A stretch of 62,000 bases of DNA from Acanthaster planci (lineage: Eukaryota). Shown in pieces: positions 49,485 to 59,991 of the stretch. Position numbers and translations under genes: made by a program. Location: positions 1,178,001 to 1,240,000 of the forward strand of contig NW_019091403.1 of the NCBI RefSeq assembly GCF_001949145.1. Reading direction: 5' to 3'. The notes beneath the pieces were generated by a model. The model had not been told where the DNA came from and searched no databases. It saw only the letters and a program-made list of their open reading frames with translations. Within the stretch, counting starts at the first letter, position 1; the number at the start of each line of letters is the position of its first letter.

Positions 49485-52179
49485 GCTTGACCATTGTTGA
49501 TTGAAGATATCAGTTCACACTGGCCAAATTCTTGACAAGTTTACAGTTCAATGTACACATACCTTTCAAGTGAAGTTCTGATTCTGAGAACAGCATTTGT
49601 CGTCGCACTCTGCTTTTAAGTCTGAAGAAAGAAGAGCACCCCTTCAGTTATTCATGTACTTTTGGTCAGATAATTTTCAACTTCAGACCTATTTCTATCA
49701 AGTACAGTATATGTATAAGGTACCCTGCTGGGACCCCAGGTGTGTCCAAAATGTCCCGAGCTGGAATTCAAAGAATTAATCTCACTGAAGTTACTGGCTA
49801 TCAGATTTTGGGCTATCATATGTTGACCGTTGTCTTTGGGATCCAGGTTGAATATGAGGTAGATTGTTGGAACTTCCTTCTCTTGTGGTCTGTATCGCTT
49901 GGAGATTTGTGAACCTAAAGGCATTTACTGTACACCGTTTCTTATATTTCCTTTTTAGTGTGTACTTCCTCATAGTATCCAGGAGATGTTGAAACAAAAA
50001 GTCCATTTGTGATATAAATAGCAGTGACTCATTGGAGAAATGTCCATGAGAATTATAGTACTGTACAGGGTATGTGGCATTTCCTCAAAGCATGTTCTCA
50101 AGGAAAGTGCATTTTTTTTATTTCACACATTTTAAGCGATGGGTAGTCTGATACTTAGACTTCCAATGCTGATAATTTATACTGTACTTTGTAGGATTGA
50201 ATTGGTCCATTGAGCACCCATAGGAAAGTGCTCATAAAGCAAGAATGGTTTCATTATGTACCCAAGTAGCCAGTCTGTTCCGTCTATCTGATGACTCTGT
50301 CTGGCTCAATGTCTGGATGCTTTGGTGATGGCAAGTGGTCATGGCAACCAGGTGTGTCAATATTCGATTGTTGCTCTAATTGAAACTTTCAGGTTTTGAC
50401 AGTTGAACATGTTATTGCTAGTGGACAGGGTTATGCAGGATTTGGAGGCTATTAGATTCAGAATGAGTAAGAATTACATGTTAGAAATTGGTATCCAAGG
50501 TACTGGTAATTTCTATGCATGGAAGTTTTTATCGGTGCTGTTCTTCAAAGTCTCCATTCAGTTTTATAAAGTTCCTTCAGCTGTGTCAATTTGACAACAA
50601 ATGCTAATATTGACAAATTTCCACTTTGTACTTCATTCCTCAAAGTCAAAAAGCATCTTTCCTGGACTGTCAGCAGGATTTTGATTGCAATATGCACAAT
50701 CATTTGTTGCTTGTGCTAATTCACCGCCACTTTCTTAGTCCAAAACCTTTGACAAAAGTGCTCCTTAATGTCATTTTTTCTTGATTAATTCACCCCAGTC
50801 TTGCTTGAAATTAAGGTACTTGCCTTGGTGTGCCGCAAACAGCTTGGTTCAAATTACAATTTGCCTGAAAATGTGTAATTATTGAAAACTTGGGAAGATT
50901 CCGGCAGGACTTGGCCTTACTCTAGAGGTAGCCATCTTCTGTGTCTATAAATCAAAAGTGAAGCAATCTCTGCTAACTTTTTCCAGAATCTTAATAAATG
51001 TGGGAATGGGGATGATAAAGTCAGGGTTAATTATAGATTATAATCCTTATGGTCAGAGGAGTAACTCCAAACTATGAAGAAAAAGTCTTGTCATTGTTAT
51101 CTCCAAGTCAAGAAAATCTTTCAAAGTGAGGCTGTAACTGCTTATTCAGTGACAACATATCATCATGCCTAATAGTCATGACCAATTGTCCTCCCCAAAC
51201 CCTACCGGTAGCAGATGCAATGAGCTACATGCAGTCATCAGACAGACAGAACAGACCTAAAGCATTAATTAACAACCACACTAGTTTCACAGGCACTTTT
51301 GTATAGGAACTCAATGATCCATGTCCAGTTTCTCTGCCATTGGAAAGTGCACATGCTCTGGTATGCACGTGAGCTGCTTAAAAGTACATGTACATGTAAG
51401 CCCAACATTGGATAATTCTGGGACACGCTGTAGGACTCTAGGAGTTTGGGGGGCTTTCTTGTTCCTCCAGATGGGATTAGACCATGTATAAATATGCTGA
51501 TTTAAAGTGCAAGAGTATCAAGATTCTCAGAGTTTGAAGATTCTTTATGATAATTGGACTTTCCTCAGTCTTCGGATTGAAAAGCAATTCACTTACAAGA
51601 TTTTACATTCATTAAAGACACAAGTTACAAACATATCATCTGATTATAGGATTTATTCTCAAAACTCCATTTGTTTTTATGCTACTGGTACATTTATTGA
51701 AGTCTGAAGTAAATTACCAAAACACAAACAGAAATTATTTTCACTCTGGAAACATGTCAAAATTGCCCATGCAGTGGGGTGAACAGGGGGCTGGATGATG
51801 ATGTGGCATTGCTTGTAACCCCCAGGTCTACTGTGAACCAGTCAGTGGTTTCCAACTCGCCCTCTTTTCCAGCTCATCCCCCGCACTCATAATGGCATTG
51901 TGAGCCTCCAATGTAGTTTGATTAAGTGAGTGGCGGTGTTGGAATGAATGGCTGTCAGTTACTCATAATCAGTTACTGATCAAAGAAACTAAAAATGTGG
52001 ATCATCAACCATCTTCACCATTCCATTCACAATATACCTCAATACCTGATTATACTAGCAAGTTTGGAGATTTAAAAACTTAACCCATTCATGCATTCAG
52101 TTATCTGTATGATGTTATTAATCTCATAAACTACAAACATAGGCTTTCTGTTAGCTTTCTGTGTATTGTTAAAGCAAAA

Positions 52180-55100
52180 TAAGGAACTTAGCAACTAAAA
52201 TTAAAATGTTTCATAACGTATTTATCTACCAGTCCATGAGCCAGGCCACCTACATGTTTGTGTGTCATGTAAGTGGGCAAATCCTGATGAAATTGGATCC
52301 TGGTGAATTTTGGGGTCTTGGCTCATGGACTGTACAAGTCCATTCTACTTGATACATTGATCTCTTCATCAGTGTTGCAGATAGCGGTACCTATGTACTA
52401 ATAGAGGAGCATCATTTAAAACTACAAAACTTGTTTCCAGTATTTAATGAGTGGATCTAAAATCTTATTATTATCTGGCTAAAAATTGGTGACGCTAAAA
52501 TTAAATGTTTCATTTCTACTTGATAAACAACTGGACTTTCCACTTAAATTAATACATGAACTGGTATTTAATAAGGCCCCAAAAATAGTTGGTCTCTGGT
52601 TTATGCATGCATCAATTTTGAACTTGCACGTCAATGAGTTTTTTTACCATTTTTTGGTCAAAATTTTCAGAACAGCACCTTCTATTTCCACACTGCCTGA
52701 ATGCTCACAAGTAGACTTATTCCCGGCCACAAGTCCACAAGTCTGAAGGGTAATTAATTCAAGGAACCAGACTAATTCTTGGGTAGGCCATATGCGGTGA
52801 TAGATCCGTTACGACTTCTTAATGTTGATGGCTAACACAAACAGTAGACCACAGGTAGGTTACAAAGTTGCAGCCTGCTGATCATCAACGATGGCGGCAT
52901 GACCAGAGTATTTTGGGGGGCCTAACAGATGAACACTGTATAAACCTCTTTCCAATATGTAATGATGAAAATTCAAAAGCTTACCAGCTAAAAGTCTAAC
53001 TGAAATTAAATGTTTCATATCATTCATGCGTACAAGCCATTTCTACTTGATAAGCTGGACTTTCCACTAACTTTAATATATGTAAGAAATGAACACTACC
53101 GATAATCTTCTTTCCAATATAGAATGATGAAGATTCAAAAGTCTTACTAGCTAAAGTCTAACTAAAATTAAAGGTTTCACATCATTCATGCATACAGGCC
53201 ATTTATACTTGATAAGCTGGACTTTCCACTAACTTTAATACAGTAGATATGAGAGATAAACACGATAAACTTCCTTCCAGTATAGAATGATGAGTATTTA
53301 AAATCTTACTCTCTAAAAATCTGACTAATATGATTTACGTCCTCTTCGGCCTTGTCTGTAAGTTTATTTAGCTAAGCTGATATTTTCCCCTTAACTTTGT
53401 ACTCAATAGCGACAGAGGTGAACAACAGTATCTTCCAGTAAAAGTTACGAGATGAGCGTGATATAAACGTAAGAAAACTATTTTCAGTTATGTCTAGGAT
53501 TTAAAGTCCCACATATTTGTGAAATCAGTTTCTGTACTCAGGCCCATGTTTTCAATCTTGAACAGATATGGCTAGTTAAAAAAGGAATTGTGCCCATTAC
53601 TGGACAGAGGGCATGATGAAACAGCAGACATTCAATCCCCTCCCCATTAACACAGCTCTGTCAACTTGGGTGAAGCTAGTCTTGCAAAATTTCCAATTTG
53701 TCTTACCATCCTTAAAGTCATGTGGGTAGTTTGAATAGAAACATGGTACATACAAAATGCCTCTTTCCTCAATTTAAAAAAGTTAACAGGATATTTTTGG
53801 CAATGTTCACTATCGGGTTTTAGAGCATGTCAAAATATTGTTACAGAAATTCCATGAGTAGGACTTAAATTCTTTGTAAAAATCTAACCCAAATCCCAAT
53901 GTTTCACATTACTGTACATGCTGGCTGCTTCTGTTAACTTATATTGATAAGCTGATATCAGAAAGATTTCACGTCATGGGAAATTCCCCTTGTACGCAAC
54001 ATGCTGATCAGACGGTAGGGGACACAAACATGATGGTTGTGTCACAGGAAAACTGAGCAAAGAGTAGTATGAATAACAAGTGCTGGGGTATGGAATAAAT
54101 TATGCAGAATTAGTTCCTGAACAATGTAACTCAAAACTGTGGATGATAAACCAGCTTCATCATTCCATCCACAAAATACCTAAATACATGATTGTTTCCA
54201 CAGATTTTAGAGATGTAAAAACGTTAAACTCATTTATGCATTCATCTCCTTGTCAGATCTAATCAACCACAAACCCTATCTGACTTTTCTATTACATGCT
54301 GTTTTGTGTATTGGTCAGAAAATTAATTACTCGGCACCTAAAATTAAAAAGTTTCAGTGAAAACTTCTTCCTAGTACATGCTTCTTGAATTAGTATTTTT
54401 AAAATCTTATGAGCTATAAATCTAACTAAACTTAAATGTCACACATCATTCATCCAAGTCATAAGCTGGATCAGCCTTCCACTGATGCTTTTACATGTAC
54501 TTGATAATAGATGAACATGATTTTGAACTAGAAAACCTTCTTCCAATAAGTAATGCATTAAATCTGAATAAAAATCCAACTATAATGAAAATGTTATACA
54601 TCATATACAGGCCATTTCCACTAGTTTACATGGATGAGCGTATGCCCTGTTTATCCCCTAACCTTTGTGCTGAGTATCCTAAAAGTCGTTAATACAGATG
54701 AGCATGTTATTAATAAAAAAAATTTCCATCAATGTGTGGGATTGAAGTAGATTTGTGAATCAAACTAAATGTACTGATACATTTTATTTTGTTTAGCTTC
54801 CAAAACTTTTGTTTTCTAGTCTGTTAATTTACAATTGTTAGCAACCAATTTGAAGACATGTTGCAAACACAATGTTTTCTATTTGTTTACATGTAATATT
54901 GGAAATCAGTCAAAAATACAAAAGTGAAATCATCAGTATAAAAAAGCAGTCCTGATTTCAATTGAACTTTGTGGCTGATTTGATCATGAGATAATCTGAG
55001 ACCTTTTTGTATTCATATGTATTCATTCATTTCAATAAAATGCAATTTCAAAATTGAATGGGAACTACACACTTTGTCATGTAAAACTAATTAAAAACTA

Positions 55101-55250
55101 CTTTCCATTAATGTAATTCCACGAGAAAACTTGTTTCCAGAATCACTTTTTACTGAGTATAATTTAAAAGTGTATTATATGACTGAAAATCTAAAAATTA
55201 CTTATTTATGTACAAGTCATTTCTACCTTAAAGACAAGCTTTGATAATAG
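52180..55250. repeat. Degenerate ~160-bp repeat family, tandem and dispersed
   Basis: Best copies start at ~52929, ~53089 and ~53256 (atgaacac...ttccaatat..aatgatgaa.attcaaaag...ctaactaaaattaaa.gtttca...cattt.tacttgataagctggactttccact). Weaker copies at ~52190, ~52430, ~54400-54720 and ~55130. Confidence 0.7.
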
Positions 55251-55369
55251 TAATTTTTGAGCTGAGTAAAAAGTATTACATATTTTTAAAATACATTCAG
55301 TTACTTAAGGTGTAATTAAACATGTACATGTAAACTGTCTATGACTTTTATGTTTTCTTGAATAGCAAT

Positions 55370-55798
55370 AGAGGGATCCCAATACGACGCTTTTAGCGTC
55401 GATCTGCGCACTTCCGCATTTGAAAACGAGGCTGTATGTGTCAGCTTCAATTCTTAGTACGATCAGACAATTGAAAGTAAGGAGTCAAGACACAAAATAC
55501 ATAAAGGTATTTTAAATTCAGACTTTTCAGGCTGAAAATGTTTGTGGAGGAGTCTTTCAGGAACACTCGACACGTAAAATCCAAAGAAAAATAGCAACAA
55601 TTGACCGCGAACTAACGTGCCTGAGATGGTCGTGTATCTTGTACAGTGGGTGTGGTTTCAACTGAAGTGGCGTCACACTTACGAACCGGATACTAAATCT
55701 ACTGTGCGGACTCTGCGGGCGCGCCCGACAAAGTTTAACACAGAGAGCCTCGGTTTCGATGCAGATATGCGCAGACGGCGCTAATGTGAAATCCCTCT
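55370..55798. mobile_element. Non-autonomous DNA transposon (MITE), ~430 bp, termini consistent with ISL2EU/PIF-Harbinger-like elements
   Basis: AT|AGAGGGAT...ATCCCTCT|AT; subterminal inverted match of ttagcgtcgatctgcgca with tgcgcagacggcgctaa; CpG-rich island in AT-rich flanks; no ORF. Confidence 0.65.
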
Positions 55799-56958
55799 AT
55801 TTACAGTTTCCTGTGAGCTTTCCTTGATAACTAAGAATCCCTCAATCTATTTTTATATTGTAAACAATACAGTACCTTAAAAAAGTAATTCTAATTTTTA
55901 TCTGAGATAAATGAAAGTAACAGTATTACAGATTTCATACATTTCATTTGAACTTTGTGTTTAATTCCATTTTCGCCTAATCTCAGGACCCTTTATTAGC
56001 ATTGTATTTATTCGTTAAAAGAATTTTACCCATCTCAAAATTGATAACGTGATTTTGGGCTTTGATGTCCATGTGTCTAAAATTAAAAGCTTAAAACTTA
56101 TAACTGAAATGTGACACATGAGTGCATTGATTCATCATAATGTTAAAAATTAGAACTATTCATTTACTTACAAGCAAAATCATAGATGTGGTTTTTTCCA
56201 TTCTGTTGTAAGTTTTTGTCCAGTGTCTGTGTCAAGCTGTCTGTCAAGAGATGGCGGTTAGTTTACGTGTACATTGTGGACTGTGCATGGGGATCTTCCA
56301 TACAGTTCCTTACTCTCTTTTACTTGTGTTGGCTGGGTTCATTTGGCATTCCTGCTTGTGGCCAATTCCAGTTTCACTTTATTGCCTTTTGGCTCTTGGG
56401 CTTGGATCATCAAGGCAAAGGTTGTAAAGTGCATCTTCTAGTCCGAGTTTTCCTCCTCTTTGAGCTTCCTGTTCAAAGCATGTGCTGTGAGTGTTGGTTG
56501 GTCTGGATGTTTTATCAACACTGGTAGCTGTTCCAGCTTATAAGTGGGAAGGTTTGTAGTAGCACCATCCGAATATATCTCTATGAGTATGTTCGGTTCT
56601 ATGGTTCTCAATGTTTCGATGTGTGTGCTCAGTCCGTCGTCAGGAGACTGAAGAGGTGCTGAAGGTGTCCTGTCTTTATCTTTGATGTGTTCACCACTTG
56701 TAGGTGTAAGACACTGCAGAATTTACATGTAAGCGGTGATACCCAGTAAAGTCTAGTATTGTCTCTTCTTTGAGTTGATTGTTCTGTGTTTCTGTTGTAT
56801 TAAACTCTTTGTTTGCTGCCTTTCCCTCTATTTTTTTCTTGAGGGATTTCTTGTTTGTACGCTTGCTGTAAGGCTCATCCTGGACATGCCCTCTGCTATC
56901 CCTGCTGAACCTCTTCCCTCCCTTGGTCTTTGTTACATCCTAGCGGTAGCATACCTAT

Positions 56959-57597
56959 CTAATGCAGATGGGCTGGGAAGCTTACTGTGTCCAGAACAGC
57001 TGGCTTGGGATTGTTTGTCTTGTCAAATGAAAAATTATCAAACACAGCTGTGCTTACATTACGAGCTTTTGTCATAGCAGCCTTCAGCTTTTTGAATTTA
57101 TTAATGAAATCTTGCGTGGTAACGACCCATTCTGTTGGTACAGGAAATTGTAACTCCTGTGCTTTCTCCTTAGACACTTTGTGCCCAAATGCATTCCTTA
57201 CGTCTTCTTCCACTTCCAAAGGTCTGCTGCAATTGGTAGGGTCGATAGGCAAGACAAACAGCACACTTGCAGTGTCCTTGCGTTTGTAACGTAGATCAAT
57301 ATATTTCTCCAAATGCTCCATTCGGTTGTTAGATCCTTCCTCTGTTTCAGCTTGAGTGAGGCCAATCTTGCAGAATTTCCACACTGTGTCGAATGGGTAG
57401 TTGACAACAATACCATACACATAGGGCTGCAGTCCTTTACTTATGAATTCACTTTTGTTTTTTCGATGTTCACTAGCATTTAATGCTTTTATCAGATCAT
57501 CTCTATTAGTTCCCGTCCAAAACCATTTACAAAAGCCCTGCTTCAGTTCAACATTATCCAAGGTCATTTTACGCCAGTTGATAGGTGCACTTGCCAT
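56959..57597 (-). CDS. Uncharacterised 212-aa protein with T5orf172/Mug113-type GIY-YIG-superfamily motifs
   Basis: Part of ORF 56959-57846; likely start MASAPINW (atcATGG) after an acceptor at 57646. Motif order YVYGIV...CKIGLT...NNRMEHL...VLFVL...EVEEDVRNAFG...PTEWV parallels the T5orf172 pattern YVY..KIGxT..R..L..E..EW. Coding status is fairly well supported; the domain assignment is by eye. Confidence 0.6.
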   Translation of the reverse strand: MASAPINWRKMTLDNVELKQGFCKWFWTGTNRDDLIKALNASEHRKNKSEFISKGLQPYVYGIVVNYPFDTVWKFCKIGLTQAETEEGSNNRMEHLEKYIDLRYKRKDTASVLFVLPIDPTNCSRPLEVEEDVRNAFGHKVSKEKAQELQFPVPTEWVVTTQDFINKFKKLKAAMTKARNVSTAVFDNFSFDKTNNPKPAVLDTVSFPAHLH

Positions 57598-57996
57598 GAT
57601 ATTGTGGTGGACACAATTGCATATATTGGTAACTGAGCTGCAAGCCTGCAAGAAAGCACAGTGACTGAAAAAGTTGAAAAAATTCCAGTCTTCTGTCTGT
57701 CCGACTGATGGCTGTGTCTGGCTCACTGTGGTTGCTTTTAGTGATTGCTTGTATGTGGTCATGATACATGTACCTGGGCGTGTTAGTGTTTGTTCATGCG
57801 CAGTGTACAAGAATGTTATGCAAAATGCATAAAATATTCCATTCAAATTTATATCCTGTCACATTTTGACATTTAACCTGTGATTGCTTTGACCTTCATT
57901 GATTCTTCCATCCAGGGGTGTAGCCTAACCGACACCAAGCTAGACTAGGGGGCTTTTTCCTCACATAAATTCCTCAAAAAGGATAAAATTACTCAC

Positions 57997-58523
57997 CGGT
58001 ATTTCCAGTCACACATTGATGTTTTCCAGCGGGAAGGCTGTCCGAGTTGTAGATGGCTGTGTTAACCTCACCATATGTACATGTATGTGTAATTTCTTTG
58101 GTGATGGTAAGATATTTGATCTTATGCTACGTGTATGTATATGCAGGAAAACCTTTGTCTTTTGTTTCTGGTACTGGATAGCCCATTTTTTGCAGTATTT
58201 TCTTTTTCTTGCCTGCAGGATGAGAGAGGAAAAATACAACAGATGCAGAATCCGGTCCAAGTGATTTGCTCATTTTTTCCACTTCAGTTTGTGCTGGATT
58301 TTTTTTTAGAATGGTCACTCTCGGTGAAACCAATCCATGCACATAATTTCCACAGTATACTATCATCATCCCTCTGTTCAAAGTCTTTATGATTGATAGC
58401 AGTGCAGATTATGTGAGGATTTCTTGGCGTGGACCCATTTGCCATGACTGTGCTGCCACACAGTTTGGTTCTGTCCCAAAGATGATGTGTTAAAGTAACG
58501 AAGGCTTTCAGAGGGATGACCAC
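57997..58523 (-). pseudogene. Decayed tandem copy of the domain encoded at 56959-57597
   Basis: WKLCAWIGFTE ~ WKFCKIGLTQ; DSASVVFFL ~ DTASVLFVL; KILQKMGYPV..GFP ~ DVRNAFGHKV..QFP; EVNTAIY ~ NVSTAVF, all in the same order. Broken by a frameshift in an A9 run (58299-58307) and a TAG at 58127-58129. Confidence 0.6.
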
Positions 58524-58896
58524 CTGTCATATGGCTGGGTCTTGCTTCCTGTCTGGCTGCCTTGGTGATTCTAGGTTGTCATTAAAAAACAGGGGCATGT
58601 TAACATGTGATGTCAGTGCTGAACTGAGTAGATAGCAATAAAACACAATATGGCAGGAGATTGTGTTGACAATAATGTAATCTACATGAACCTGGATAAT
58701 TTATGGCCAAATTGCTGACCTAATACGTTTTAATGCCAGTACACCTAATCTGTTTGTTGTTTATTCAAAGGAATAGTTGTGGAGAATGTATGTTTCCCAA
58801 GACATACATGTTAAGTATAATCACAGATTTCGTCCATACTCAACGTAAATATTTTTTATAAACCCTGTATACTCAGACTTGTTTCTCTGTAAGTAG

Positions 58897-58990
58897 CAGG
58901 AGGTTTGGGTTCAAGTCCCACCCAAGTAAGCTTGTGAAGTTTTTCACAAGTTCTTGGACAAGCAGTGTTGTTGGTAAGGCAAACCTGTAC
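58897..58990 (+). mobile_element. tRNA-derived SINE fragment (copy 1 of an inverted pair)
   Basis: gggttcaagtcccacccaag (B-box) followed later by ggcaaacctg. Confidence 0.5.
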
Positions 58991-59073
58991 TTACATGTAA
59001 ACTGAACATCCCCTGACACAAGTACATCTTGAAATTATCATATGTGCTACTCTTTTGATTTGTGTGTTTTTAG

Positions 59074-59991
59074 GTTGAAAGATTTGTCAACTGTCTGTCC
59101 TGCTATTGGGAAGTACACCCGTCCTGAAAAACCGTCTCCTTTGACTTTGGAAAGCATTCTGCCTGACTGCAGAGTGAAGGTAAGATGGCTGATCAAGTGT
59201 TAATGTGAGATTGTCCTGGAGATATTACAGGTTCCAGTGCATTACTCAGTGGACATTTCACGTGATGTCAATGACAGCAGGTTGTTTATGGTGCATCAGG
59301 TGTCTGCTCGATTGCACCTGTTCAGAAGGAAATGATTTGCACTTATGTTGTGGAACACCTACGCAGCACTTTTTACAAAGTGAATTTTTTATAGAACTTG
59401 GTCACAAACACCAGGAAATAAAAGAGTTAGCGTATAAATGGGAAGCAATAAGGCATGCTACTGAGACTGAAATCCATGCCGTGGGAAAACTAAGAACCTG
59501 GATTTGGTCAGAGTGATGAGTAAGACTTCTTACTGATTTTTCAGAGAGGCATTTTGATTTTACAGAAATTCCGAAGAAAGTAAAATTTTGATGAAACATT
59601 AAGCAATCTCTTCTTGCATTAAGGCAGTTGTGCATTTTAATGCTCAGGTTTGCCGTGTTGTCATTTACTATTCTGTGAGCTAAGCAGGAATGCTGAAAAA
59701 AGTTTAATTCTTGGGTGGGACTCGAACCCGAGACCTTCCCTTGTTGAATCACAGTTTTCAGCCAGCCCAGGAATGAATTTCCAAAATTGATAATTGGAAT
59801 CAACAGAATAATTGATCGCTGCATTGGCATACCAAACCCACAGACCTAAATGTGTTGTGACACAGGTGCATTTTCAGGAACTAACTTTTTGTGTCCTGTT
59901 CTGTTGGTTGTTCTGTTTGTGTTTGCAGGAAGCCAAAGGCTTAAGCTCCTTCTGGATCAACTATGGCAAGTTTCTACCGAGCATGAAATGA
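59074..59991 (+). CDS. Two terminal coding exons, probably the 3' end of the gene starting at 37846
   Basis: 59074-59179 (tttttag|G, LKDLSTVCPAIGKYTRPEKPSPLTLESILPDCRVK|gtaag) splices in phase to 59929-59991 (tttgcag|EAKGLSSFWINYGKFLPSMK*). Both have good polypyrimidine tracts. Linkage to the upstream exons across the gaps is inferred. Confidence 0.6.
59641..59760 (-). mobile_element. tRNA-derived SINE fragment (copy 2, inverted)
   Basis: Minus strand reads gggttcgagtcccacccaag...ggcaaacctg, homologous to 58897-58990. Confidence 0.5.

Noticed and set aside
50403..50466. Possible + strand exon LNMLLLVDRVMQDLEAIRFRM
   Set aside because: Splice signals are plausible, but phase cannot be tested across the gaps and there is no homology support.
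57598..57846. N-terminal 83 codons of the 295-aa ORF
   Set aside because: Starts at a non-ATG codon and spans a strong acceptor at 57646; treated as intron/UTR, with the start placed at 57597.
58219..58260. Possible 42-nt + strand exon (MREEKYNRCRIRSK) in phase with exon 59074
   Set aside because: Its pyrimidine tract is simply the antisense of Lys codons in the decayed paralog and the donor is weak; not called without transcript data.
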